The translations under genes were made by a program, and so were the position numbers. Shown here one piece after another: positions 1-13,091 of a DNA stretch of 64,000 bases (positions within the stretch are counted from its first letter, which is position 1; each line of letters starts with the position of its first letter). The stretch is taken from positions 273,854,001-273,918,000 of the forward strand of contig OZ024743.1 in assembly GCA_964016885.1 (NCBI GenBank), in the 5' to 3' direction. Source of the DNA: Eledone cirrhosa. Taxonomy: Eukaryota. The notes beneath the pieces were generated by a model. It searched no databases and was not told where the DNA came from. It worked only from the letters and a program-made list of their open reading frames with translations.

Positions 1-13
1 ATATATATGTATG

Positions 14-44
<31 letters not shown>

Positions 45-84
45 TTATATACATATCTATATCTATACATATATATATATATAC

Positions 85-123
<39 letters not shown>

Positions 124-197
124 TATATACATATATATATATATATGTATATATATATGTATATATATATGTATATATATATATGTATATATATATG

Positions 198-228
<31 letters not shown>

Positions 229-235
229 GTATATA

Positions 236-300
<65 letters not shown>
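1..300. repeat. (TA)n microsatellite; representative of dozens of (TA)n/(CA)n/(GA)n tracts in the window
   Basis: Direct dinucleotide repeat. Similar tracts flank almost every PLE insertion. Confidence 0.98.
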
Positions 301-306
<6 letters not shown>

Positions 307-457
307 ATACTTTGGGAGGGTCATGTTGCCAATAAGAAACACACGCACCAGTTGCTTTCACTTCAATTTAATTTAATATATATTTATAAATTTACAAATT
401 TATAAATTTCTGGTTGGTTGGTTGGTTCCACAACCAGATAGTTGTTTATATATATAT

Positions 458-502
458 AGTCATAGTTCTTTCGTCACACACTCTGTGACCTCTTCAGTGA
501 CT
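458..502 (-). ncRNA. Minimal type I hammerhead ribozyme (PLE subfamily A)
   Basis: Minus strand reads agtca-CTGAAGA-g-gtcaca/tgtgac-GAAA-gaac-TA-tgact. Confidence 0.8.
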
Positions 503-806
503 GGGGATTTCTTTCTTCGTTTCTGTGCCTTTCCCTTCTTCTATCCTACGCCATTTTGTTTGTGTGTGGGTTGCGTGCTCAGTTTGCGCATGCGCCACAT
601 CCGGGTGTCTGTGTGTGTTTGTGTTCATTTTTCTATTTTTCTATTTTTATATTTATATTTGTTTGTTTATTTATTTATTTATTGTTGGTTGGTTGTTTGT
701 TCTATGTGTGTGTGTGTTTTCATTTTGTCTTGTGTGTGTTTTCATTTTGTGTGTGTTTTCAATTGTAAGTTGTTTATATATGTGTGTGTGTGTTTTCATT
801 TTGTCC

Positions 807-2240
807 TTAATTGTAAGTTGTGATGTTGCTGTTCCACTCATATTTTCTATTTAATTTTGGTTTTAATTCTTTTATGCTTACTGCCTCTGTAATTTGCCTA
901 AACATTGCGTCTTTCTTGTGTGTGGATTCTATTTTTATTTCTATGCTCTCTAATTTACCCCTGTGTTCTATCTTAGCATGTTGGTAGAGCACAGATGATT
1001 CTTTACTATCTTGGAGGTCTCGCCAGTGTTCATTTATTCGTTCCCCTATACTACGAGCTGTCTCACCTATGTACACTATATTTTTGTTTCTACATTGTCC
1101 CTCAGTACATCTTATGCTATATACTACATTTCTAGTTTTACAGTTAATATGGGGGCTTATTTTACAGGTTATACATTTCTTATCTATACATGAGGGTCTT
1201 TGGAACGGGTATGTCTTGCTAATAAGTGTTTTTACGGAGGTACCAGGTCTTTCTACTATCTTAATATTGAGATTATGTTTCTTTAGGGCCCTTCTAAATT
1301 TGTAGGCTAGTTCACCTCTAGGGGTTGTATTGATGAACATTACACTCTGGTATTTATTGCTATCATACCATGAGTTTATTCTATTGGCCTTGTTCTTAGT
1401 TCTTTCTATTCTATTCCAAAATTTGCTCCTATACAAGGGGCAGGTCCCATTTATGTCATTATTTACCATTTTTTCCCATTTGGTTCTGGCTCCTTTATAC
1501 ACTCTGATTCTATCTCTCTGATTGTAGCCAGAGAACTGCATACGGTGGATGAAGTGTTGTATGTGTCTCTCTAGTTCTTCGGGGTTGCACATGCGGGACA
1601 CATTTCTCATCACCCGTATCAAATCCGCAATCAGTATGTTGATTTTGGTATGGTCCGAAATGGCCGAGTTTCGGTGGATCAGATGTTTGGAAGTCATGGG
1701 TTTGGCATAATGGGAATGGAGGATTTGTTTTTGGTTGTTAATAGTATCTAACCAGAGCTCTGTGTCTAGTACAGGTAATCGATGGTTGGGGTGTCTACTT
1801 GGGTAGTCTATAGTAACTCTAATGCTCTGGTGGATGGAGTTTGCTATTTGCTGGATGCTTTCCATTGTGTTTTTCTCAGGTTCCTGACTGTTCTTTAGTG
1901 GGGGTGTCTTAACTACGATGTTTATATCATCTACGTAGCGGGAGTACATTATCAGGGTTAATCTGTCTTCTAATTGTTCTTTAAGTTTTTGTTTAAGTCT
2001 ACTGTCCCACCATACCATGAACAAGTTAGCTATGTCGCCTGCAATGCTAACACCAATGGCTGCTCCTTCCTCTTGGGCATATGTTTTACCATTAAATTTG
2101 AACATATGTTCCTTAAGGGTTAATTTTATGCTGGCCCCTACCGCATGTGCAATCATTTTCTTCAGTTCATCGTGGTTTTCGGGTGTCCGTATGGCTCTGG
2201 TCCACCCGTTCCATCTATCTGTGTGGGTTTTCTTGGCCAT
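807..2240 (-). CDS. PLE reverse transcriptase C-terminal half + GIY-YIG endonuclease (5'-truncated, frame intact)
   Basis: QEEGAAIG, RYVDDI, LPVLD, Cx4Cx2C linker, NVVY...YIGETARSIGER, RQITEAVSI...LN. Confidence 0.92.
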   Translation of the reverse strand: MAKKTHTDRWNGWTRAIRTPENHDELKKMIAHAVGASIKLTLKEHMFKFNGKTYAQEEGAAIGVSIAGDIANLFMVWWDSRLKQKLKEQLEDRLTLIMYSRYVDDINIVVKTPPLKNSQEPEKNTMESIQQIANSIHQSIRVTIDYPSRHPNHRLPVLDTELWLDTINNQKQILHSHYAKPMTSKHLIHRNSAISDHTKINILIADLIRVMRNVSRMCNPEELERHIQHFIHRMQFSGYNQRDRIRVYKGARTKWEKMVNNDINGTCPLYRSKFWNRIERTKNKANRINSWYDSNKYQSVMFINTTPRGELAYKFRRALKKHNLNIKIVERPGTSVKTLISKTYPFQRPSCIDKKCITCKISPHINCKTRNVVYSIRCTEGQCRNKNIVYIGETARSIGERINEHWRDLQDSKESSVLYQHAKIEHRGKLESIEIKIESTHKKDAMFRQITEAVSIKELKPKLNRKYEWNSNITTYN

Positions 2241-2286
2241 TGAGGTAATGGTAGGTGGTCTGCCTCTTGCTGGTCAAATTCAGAAA

Positions 2287-2320
<34 letters not shown>

Positions 2321-2323
<3 letters not shown>

Positions 2324-3169
2324 ATAAAATGGGGAGAAAAATACTGCTGGTAGCACATGGATAGCATGTAATAAAATAAGTCCCTCATCAGTGATTTGCC
2401 GACGATCATAGATATTTCATTGCATTAAAAATCATATACCTCACGTCGGTGCAATAATAACTAAATTAAGTTATTAGGACAATTAAAACGCGTAAAGCGA
2501 GTGAGACAGGATAACAACAAAGAGTAGAGCTAACCGTAGAAGGAAGGAAACAAGCTTCATAGTTATTCTGTTAGCATAAGCTAGGTGAATATATGAGCGC
2601 TTAGAAAAAAGACCTTTCACGAACGAATGCAATGTGAGAAAGAGAGAAATTGCTTTCGTCGCGAACGGGGTGAAGTGAGGAGAGGAGAAACAGTGAGTGA
2701 GTGAGTGGAAGTGTGAGGAAGAGTTAACTGACATGACAGAGGGGGCGAAAGAAAGTAGGAGAAACAGAGAGAATGAGGGAGCAGTAAGAAAGAGAGAGAG
2801 AAAAAAATAGAATCGCAGTTTAGGTAAATATATGTGATAAAATGGGGAGAAAAATACTGCCGGTAGCACATGGATAACATGTAATAAAATAAGTCCCTCA
2901 TCAGTGATTTGCCGACGATCATAGATATTTCATTGCATTAAAAATCATATACCTCACGTCGGTGAAATAATAACTAAATTAAGTTATTAGGACAATTAAA
3001 ACGCGTAAAGCGAGTGAGACAGGATAACAACAAAGAGTAGAGCTAATCGTAGAAGGAAGGAAACAAGCTTCATAGTTATTCTGTTAGCATAAGCTAGGTG
3101 AATATATGCGCGTTTAGAAAAAAGACCTTTCACGAACGAATGCAATGTGAGAAAGAGAGAAATTGCTTT
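2321..3169 (-). repeat. Partial tandem repeat, 513-bp unit x ~1.65, non-coding, PLE-terminus/retrozyme-like
   Basis: GTGATAAAATGGGGAGAAAA starts at 2321 and 2834. Near-identical copies abutting (TA)n, with hammerhead core motifs on the minus strand. Confidence 0.8.
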
Positions 3170-3369
3170 CGGACCGGGTGATGTGTTGTTTCCTTGAGCA
3201 AGACGCTTTATATCACGTTGCTCCAGTTTACTCAGCTGTAGAAATTAGTACCGGCCTTCTCGCCCAGTCAGTGGGTTGGCGTTATCTTATGGCTAAAACA
3301 CCACAACGTGCTGTGACCAGTGGCGTCGCTGGCGGCCGACACACTGGTCGGTCAAGGTGGTCAAGGTGA
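3170..3369 (+). mobile_element. 5'-truncated tRNA-derived SINE (family 2)
   Basis: Matches the body of the 31179-31391 copy (GGACCGGGTGATGTGTTGTT.CCTTGAGCAAGAC...CTCCAGTTTACTCAGCTG). Confidence 0.75.
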
Positions 3370-3398
3370 TATATATATATATATGTATATATATATAT

Positions 3399-4057
3399 GA
3401 GTGTCTGATGGTAGCTATGATGCTTCCATAGGCGGTATGCCGGTTGAGCACTCTATGTTCTTACAGATCAGAGTGTGATATAATATAAAACGAAAAATCA
3501 GTGATGCATCTGAACTCAATTTATTGTGTTACAATTGTTTCACCGGCAGACAGCTCGAGACACGATCATTGTATGGATCTGTCTGATTCTGGACCTGCAG
3601 GTTCGTCGGACACTTCTAATAATTTCGGAACAAATTTTCTCACTGGGGTTTTAGCGTCAAAAATCATCTTCCTCGCTTGTCCTGCTATTTACTGTTGTCT
3701 TTCTACGTCATCATAAATTTTAACCACTCGTGGACGTGTGAACTACCTTACCCAGCAGGGATTTATCGAAGTGTGACAGGAATACGGACAGCTGATGGTC
3801 AGTGTAACAGCACCTATTTGTCAAATCTATGATGACGTAGAAAAACAACAGCCAATAACAGTACAAGCGAGGAAGATGTTTTTTGACGCTAACACCCGAG
3901 TGAGAAAATTTGATCCGAAATTATTAGAAGTGTCCGACGAACCTGCAGGTCCAGAATCAGACAGATCCATACAATGATCGTGTCTCGAGCTGTCTGCCGG
4001 TAAAACAATTGTAACACACGAAAAATTGACTTCAGATGCATCACTGATTTTTCGTTT

Positions 4058-4065
<8 letters not shown>
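3399..4065. mobile_element. ORF-less inverted-repeat PLE remnant (~240-bp arms 3478-3720 / 3822-4065, ~80-bp tail on the left arm)
   Basis: Arms are reverse complements, each carries an HHR-like motif, and the whole is bounded by (TA)n. Confidence 0.8.
3526..3613 (-). ncRNA. Hammerhead-like motif, U4C core variant, long stem II (mirror copy 3930-4017 + has GAAA>AAAA)
   Basis: gtgt-CCGACGA-acc...ggt-GAAA-caattg-TA-acac, with palindromic stem III. Confidence 0.65.
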
Positions 4066-4131
<66 letters not shown>

Positions 4132-4132
4132 G

Positions 4133-5830
<1,698 letters not shown>

Positions 5831-6039
5831 TTATTCGATATTTACTCCGTCACTCCTAATAGTAGAAATAACAGTAACAACAACAATAACGGTGGAGAAA
5901 ACAACAACATCTAACAATCACAGCAACAATACATCTAGCAATCATATACAATAATAATAATGCTAATGATAGGAACAACAACAACCACCATAATAACAAT
6001 AATAGCAACACACACAACAATGACGATAGATATAATGAC

Positions 6040-8450
6040 AACCCCTTAGAGAAACTATTCTTCAACCCAGCTGACAAAACATATAAGATGGGTAATATCT
6101 ATCCTACGAGGTTACCCTTTAATAAAAAAAAGTTTGCATACCACAACAAATAGATGACGAGACAGAGGCACGGTTCACCATAGCTAGAAATAAGTTTAGA
6201 GAAATAGTAGACCGGTTTACTAAGAGACAGAGCAGAACAGAGATCCAACAACTTGGGAGGAAACCTGTAGAAGGCTTGGTTAGCCTCAATCAGCGCACAA
6301 GGGATTTTGAGGTAGTATGTCTACCCACGGATAAGTCTGGTAGGATGTCAATAGATAGCATGCCGAACTACATCAAGGCTATGCAACCCCACATCACCAA
6401 CACGAGCGAAATTGCACAGCAAATACATGATGGGAGAGAGAAATTCCTCAACGCTCACATGATGATGTGGACCGACATCCTAAAGCCAAGCAGACACACT
6501 GCCAACAACTCCCAGGCGTCTAACAATGGCATACCACCCTTGTATGGGCTCCGCAAAGACCACAAGACAGTCGACGACCCGACAACAGGACCACCAACAA
6601 GACCCGTATGCGGAGCAAATATAGCTAGCAACTACAGGATCTCCTACTTTCTCTCAATGGTTATACGCCCTATAATCAAGATGTCCCCAGATGTATGTGA
6701 CAGTACAGAGGACCTCCTCAGCAGAATCAGTGAGTGCAACATAAACAGGAACCTATCCAACTGCATAATAGGCAGCATGGATGTGGTATCACTGTACCCA
6801 TCCATTAACATTGATTTTGCTGTGGAAAAATGTGTGGAGATGATCATTGAGAGTGAGGTGGAGATTTGCGACGTCGAGACAGACGAACTGGGCCTCCTTC
6901 TTAGACTTACCTACGACACTGACTACCTAGACAGCCATGACCTTAGATGTTTCTGCCCCAGTAGACCCATAAGAGGTAAACCCCCCACCATAACCTCAAT
7001 GGCTAAAAAGACTCCCATGGGAGGTGGATTGGGTGGACCAAAGCTATACGGACCCCCCAAAACAATGATCAGGTAAGAAAAACAGTCGCACATGCAATAG
7101 GGGCTAGTATCAAAACTACCCTAAAGGGCAAAATATTCAAGTTCAACGAGATGATCTACACCCAAAATGAGGGAGCAGCCAAATGGCGTCAGCATAGCTG
7201 GTGACGTTGTCAAGCTTTTTATGGTATGGTGGGAAAGGAGACTTAAAGATCTCCTTAATGAGAGCTCCATAGACCTCATCATGTACTCTCGTTACGTAGA
7301 CGATATCAATATAGTAATAAGAACATCCCCACAAAAGAGCACTAACGAGTTTGATTTAGAAAGTAGCACAATGGAAAACTTCCAGCAGATAGCTAATTCC
7401 ATACACCAGAGTATAACTGTAACTATCGACTATCCTTCCAAACACCCTAACAATAGACTACCTGTATTAGACACGGAACTCTGGATTAGCACTATAGACG
7501 AGAGAGCCCAAATTCTCCACTCACACTATGTTAAACCCATAATCCTCCAAATACCTAATACTCAAAAACTCAGCAATGTCCAGTAGTGCTAAGTTTAATA
7601 TTCTGATCGCAGACATGGTACGAGTGATGAAGAATGTATCCCGCATGTGCGACCCAACAGAAATGGAAAGACACATCCAACACTTCATCAACCGCATGCA
7701 GTTCTCTGGCTACAACCAAAGAGACAGAGTCAGAGTATACGAAGGAGCCATGGAGAACTATAAGACCCTTATAGAACTGGACATGAAAGGAATTTGCCCA
7801 TTATACAGGAGCAAATCATGGAATAGCTTAGATAGGGCTAGACATAAGATAGGGAAAACCACCTCATGGTACGACAACCAGAGATACAGGAGTGTCATGT
7901 TTGTGGACGCTACTCCAGGGGGGAAATTAGCTAACCAGTCTAGAAAGGCCCTGAGAAAGACCCAATTAAAGATTAAGGTGGTAGAAAAGCCAGGAACCAC
8001 CATAAAATCCCTGATCAGCAAAACCTACCCTTTTAAGAAAACCCACTGTACTAATAGGAAATGTATCATATGTAAGGTAAACCCCCGGATAAACTGTAAA
8101 ACTAGAAACGTAATCTATAGCATGAGATGTACAGAGGGTACTTGCAGAAACATGACAACAACATACATAGGCGAGACAGCTCGTAGCATAGGTGAAAGGA
8201 TAGACCAACACTGGGGGGGAACTAAAAGGACGAAAAAACGGTTCAGCACTATACGAACATGCCAGACAACAACATGACGGTAACATAGACAACATAGAAA
8301 TTAGAATAATATCTAAACATAGAAATGACCCAGCAGATAGGCAAATCAGAGAGGCCAGGGAAATAGAACTTAGAAGGCCAAGACTAAACAGAAAGAATGA
8401 ATGGAATAACAACAACACCCAAACAAACAACACTGACCTAAGAGAAGTAT
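6040..8450 (+). pseudogene. PLE RT-GIY-YIG polyprotein broken into frames 6276-7076, 7167-7586, 7576-8277 and a final frame
   Basis: Consecutive ORF fragments are collinear with the intact 807-2240 protein. Confidence 0.9.
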
Positions 8451-8711
8451 AAATAAATAAATAAATAGATAAATAAATAAGTGCATACACAAGCACAATA
8501 ACAACAAACATATAAACACACACTAGTAAAGATAGAATACATTAACCAATACACAGTCACCCAATCACGAACACACATCAAACAAAACACTATACACACA
8601 CGCAAATGCATGTGCAATGAAGACAAAAAAACAAACAAATAAATAAATATATAAACAGACTAAATAAAGATGGCGTAGAAAATACAATGCAACGGGAGTA
8701 AACAATAACCC

Positions 8712-8750
8712 CACTGACGATGTTGCAGATGTGCAACGAAAGAACTTTGA
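8712..8750 (+). ncRNA. Minimal hammerhead (PLE subfamily B; also 22092-22130)
   Basis: CTGACGA-t-gttgca/tgcaac-GAAA-gaac-TT. Stem II covaries with subfamily A, but stem I is weak. Confidence 0.65.
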
Positions 8751-9012
8751 TAAACTATATATATGTGTTTGTGTCTATATTGTATCTGTATGTTTGACCG
8801 TTGGTCAGTCAATGGCAACATTGAGGACCGAATAAATGAAATTAACCGATATAAAAGACACAGAAGCGAAAAGCGAAAACCAACCAATCAGTGAGTGTGT
8901 TCTGTTATTAATTATGGCAATATTACACAAATATGACCCTCCCCAAGTATAACAATATTTGTTTCGACACACGATTTCATATCAAAAACCTCGCAAAACT
9001 AATTCATCGCCG

Positions 9013-9056
<44 letters not shown>

Positions 9057-9462
9057 GTATGTATATATATATATGTATTAGGTTATTGCAAGAAATGCTT
9101 AGGATTATCCCGAATGCAGTAACGGTTAATTACTACACTGGATAGAGTTGACGTACGGTGAGGGGTTACTCAACGCGTTATGGAAGATTAGTTGAAGAAA
9201 TTCAGTTCCTGATCCTTCTGTATTCCGGAGTGTAGATAAAGAATGAATAATAACAGGTAGACATCATAAAAAGGTAATTTATTCCGTGTGCTTACAAATG
9301 TTTCCACGGTGGTTATACAACCTAGTTATGCTATGTAAAAATGTATAACTATTTGCAAAACTCAATTATAAAATGCTGTTACCATTGTTTCCTCAGGGTA
9401 GAATGGTTAAAATGTAAATACCCTTAAGGGAAGTTAGAGTAGAAAAGGAAGAAAGAAAGGAG

Positions 9463-9518
<56 letters not shown>

Positions 9519-9944
9519 GAGGTTGGAGAAATGGGAGAGAGTGGTTGTAGAATACAGATATCTTAATCAAAATCTAAATCAAAATCTTAATCAAAGCGAC
9601 AAAATAAGCGATGCGTTGCTAGTTAAGGTTGGAATTATTTATTGCCAGAGAGGGCAGGTTCATAGATGTGGAGAGGGAGGGATGTGGACCGAGGGTGAGA
9701 GAGAGAGAGAGACCAAGAGAGAGGAATGGAGAGAGAGAAAGAAATAGAGATAGAGAGGGGACAGACGAAAGCTATGGGATGGGTGAACTTCGAGTTCATA
9801 GTGGTAGGCTACAAAGTGCACTTAAGTATCCATTTATAGTGATAAGTAGGGTATTGTCTTTTAGTGTGGGGGATATAGTTAAGAAGTTGTTATTGAGAGA
9901 AAGTAGCTAGCGAGAAAGCAATGTTATAGTTACGGGTTCGAATG

Positions 9945-11189
9945 TTAAGTTATTTTATAGTGAGAGAATTTAGCCTTCAGTTTGTGGTTGCAGTATAATG
10001 ATCGTTCGATTCTGCCATTTAGTAATTTATTTTTGGATTTTAAGATGTAAAAGAGTTCAAGGTTACATAAACTGCAGTACTTCAATCCACTCCGATATGC
10101 ACTAGCGCTGGAAAGTATATCCCATTTCAAGGTGAACTGTTGGTTGCGTTCACGGTGTTGCCAGGACTTATTGGCGAGCGTGGTCACAAATCGGGGATTA
10201 GGATGTTTAATTGAGAATCGATGACGATACCAGCGAGATTTAAAGGAGGTAGTTGTAGACCCGATGTAATACCATTTCTGGTCGTTCGATTCGACAGTGC
10301 ATTGATAAACAATGTTGGACTTTAGGCATTTATTCTTCAATGGACAGCTTTCAGGTAGGTGGCAGTTACAGTTTTTATTGTGGGTAGCAGGTATACCATG
10401 GATAGGTTGGGATAACAGTTCAGGTGGGTTGTGTAATACCCGTCTCCCATTTAGTGGTTGGGAGGCCGATACTACGTTATGCTCATCTGTTATTAAAATA
10501 TTTTGTTTTGTAGTGTTGTTTAATTGCTTTAAGTTAAGTTTTTTTTTTATATATGCTTCAAGGTTTGGTGCAGTGGACTATGGTAGTCTAATAGTTTTAG
10601 AGTTCAGAATGTTACTGTATTTATGGGAACTAGGTAAATGTTTGTTGATTAACTTAAAGAATGAAAGAGATAGTTTTATACTAATCGAAGCATTAAAAAT
10701 GGGATTATACCAGATATACTTTCTGCGACGTGATTTATTTGGTGATGATTTTCTATTATTAGTATGTCTGGTGGTACTGCGCGTGTGCGCGTGTATTTCT
10801 GTACCCCATTGATTTCGTGTAGAGCTATGTGTGTTATGGAGATTCTTATCAATGTATTCTATTGAATCCAGGTGGTCGGCATTCCTTAATGCGTTATCAT
10901 AGTATTCAGCATGTTCACTGAAAATCTCAGAGTTAGACGATAGGCGAGAGATTCTAAGAGAAATACTCCGGGGAACCGATGTGATCATGGAAAGTGGGTG
11001 GTTTGAGTTAAAATTGATATAGGTAAGGTCCTCATTTATCTTGTGGAAGGGTCGTATCAGTCCGGTATTTAAATTAAGAGTTACGTCTAGAAAATTTACG
11101 ACTTTAAGATTGTATTCGTACGTTATTTTTAGACAGAAGTTCACTAAAAGATTTTCTAATGTTTTTCCGGTGGCAATAAATAATTCCAA
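9945..11189 (-). pseudogene. PLE RT thumb + GIY-YIG endonuclease, disrupted
   Basis: ORFs 10578-11189 and 9945-10340 are homologous to the 28403-29809 protein. Confidence 0.88.
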
Positions 11190-11317
11190 CCTTAACTATC
11201 AACGCATCGCTTAAGGTTATCGCTTTCAGAGTAACCAGTATTATAGAACCCCTACCACAACATTTTGGTTAAGATATCTGTAGTCTACAAACCACACTCC
11301 CCCCATTTCTCCAAACC

Positions 11318-11378
<61 letters not shown>

Positions 11379-11450
11379 CCCCTTCTTTCTCTCTTCCTTT
11401 TCTACTCTAACTTCCCTTAAGGGTATTTACATTTTATATTTTAACCATTC

Positions 11451-11562
11451 TGCTCTGAGGAAACAGTGGTAACAGCATTTGATAATTGAGCTTTGCAAAT
11501 AGTTATAAATTTGCACATAGCATAACTAGGCTGTATAACCACCGTGGAAACATTTGTAAGCA
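11451..11562 (+). ncRNA. Hammerhead with ~85-nt branched stem II (mirror copy 9289-9400 -)
   Basis: tgct-CTGAGGA-..gtggt..acagc[hairpin][hairpin]gctgt..accac..-GAAA-catttg-TA-agca. Confidence 0.65.
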
Positions 11563-11672
11563 CACGGAATAAATTACCTTTTTATGATGTCTACCTGTTA
11601 TTATTCATTCTTTATATATATATATACAAGTATGTATATATATATGTGTGTGTGTATATATATATATATATA

Positions 11673-11756
<84 letters not shown>

Positions 11757-11760
<4 letters not shown>

Positions 11761-12186
11761 AAAGAATAGAGGTGTAACACACAAGTTATTATATATTGGT
11801 AAACGGAATAGAAAATGCTGACAAATTGTTCACAGTTGAAAAATGGTTTAATTAGGAATAAAAGAATATTAGTGATTGTATGGGTTAGTATTCAGTTGTG
11901 GTTTTAAGTTTTTAAGCTTTTAGCGGTTGCGCATTTCTAAATGCTTTTCAAAAATAATTTTGAGATAGAGTGTCCGTGCAATAGAGTGTCCAGATCAGAG
12001 CAAACAGCACGGACACTCTATCTCAAAATTATTTTTGAAAAGCAGTTAGAAATGCGCAACCGGTAAAAACTTAAAAACTTAAAACCACAACTGAATACTA
12101 ACCCATACAATCACTAATACTCTTTTATTCCTAATTAAACCATTTTTCAACTGTGAACAATTTGTCAGCATTTTCTATTCCGTTTA

Positions 12187-12192
<6 letters not shown>
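11757..12192. repeat. Palindromic insertion (~190-bp arms, ~35-bp tail on the left) in (TA)n, PLE-type architecture
   Basis: 11793-11980 is the reverse complement of 12006-12192. No convincing HHR core found. Confidence 0.75.
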
Positions 12193-12252
<60 letters not shown>

Positions 12253-12263
12253 ATAAACAAAAT

Positions 12264-12334
12264 TTCATTCTGACGAACGATTTCAGAGGTCTGTGTCTAG
12301 CTCGTCTGTCTTCGTGAAACCTTTGGTAAATGGA
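12264..12334 (+). ncRNA. Type I hammerhead in a ~108-bp stand-alone insert (12251-12358)
   Basis: ttcatt-CTGACGA-acga...tcgt-GAAA-cc ttt gg-TA-aatgga. Insert ends TAATAAACAA/TTGTTTATTA are inverted. Confidence 0.78.
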
Positions 12335-12353
12335 ATAATTCTCTTATGTTGTT

Positions 12354-12402
<49 letters not shown>

Positions 12403-12499
12403 TAATATTATACATAGCTATTTACATAACTATTACATAACTATATAGCTTTATGGCCTACATAGAGCACTCTCCTTTCCTTTACCTTCCTATATATAT

Positions 12500-13078
12500 A
12501 TATATAAAAGTGGGAGTAAGAGATAAAGATAAATTATGCTTGTCTATGGTAGTGTGTGGGATGCTGCAGCCCCCAACACGAGCCGACGGAACTGGAACGT
12601 GGGGATAGCAAAAGGCCACACGGCATGACGATCGTCTCGTTCCGCATTGGTATACCACTAATCTGGGATGACACCACACGCAAGCCCACATTCTACAGCG
12701 GTAACCTGGTGCAGTCTGCGACTAACCCAGGCTATACTGCACTTCAGACCGAAGAGGATAAACTCTCCAATTATCGGTCGCTCTCCGACAGGTTTGCGGC
12801 CGACTACATAGCAGTGGAGATTTCTAGTATCCTTCGCACTAGGGCCAACTCCCTACTCACCACCATTGGCACAGTGTTGGCTACCCGCTGGTGTGAGACT
12901 CGCAAGGTGAAATGCCTCTTCCGGTGTGTGTCCTTTAACATCCTCAGGGGAAACGCCTTCTATATTCTGTCCAATGTCGGGCCAGATCGATACAGATCGA
13001 ACCTTGAGCTGATCAATAGCGAAATGCGCGTCACCAATCAATAAACGTAATGACTGCTTTACAAATTGTCCTTGTATT
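12500..13078 (+). mobile_element. 3' fragment of an RLE-type non-LTR retrotransposon (CRE-like), degenerate
   Basis: KRPHGMT..PLIWD.T...EEDKLSNY...AVEISS..L...RGNA resembles the RPDG..WD..KY..AVET.G..RGNA endonuclease pattern, followed by AATAAA. Confidence 0.7.
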
Positions 13079-13091
13079 ATATATATATATA

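Larger units (their letters stand above)
301..2289 (-). mobile_element. Penelope-like element, Naiad-like subfamily A, 5'-truncated, with a 15-bp inverted copy of its extreme 3' end at the truncation
   Basis: Contains an RT+GIY-YIG ORF and a 3' region with an HHR. Flanked by (TA)n on both sides. CAAATTCAGAAACGA at 2275-2289 equals the family 3' terminus seen at 14957-14971. Confidence 0.92.
5860..9014 (+). mobile_element. Penelope-like element, Naiad-like subfamily B, longest copy, frameshifted
   Basis: RT motifs PTDKSGR, PPLYGLRKDHK, RPVCGA, SMDVVSLYPSI and RYVDDI, then GIY-YIG. 3' region has an HHR and ends in (TA)n. Confidence 0.92.
9068..11612 (-). mobile_element. Penelope-like element, Hydra-clade-like, 5'-truncated with inverted 3' arm (11180-11612 mirrors ~9237-9640)
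   Basis: VNFLDVTLNL, YINFNSNHP, WYNP, CxCx5CP, YYIGSTTTSFKSRW, CSLC...NGRIE...CNH. Confidence 0.9.
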
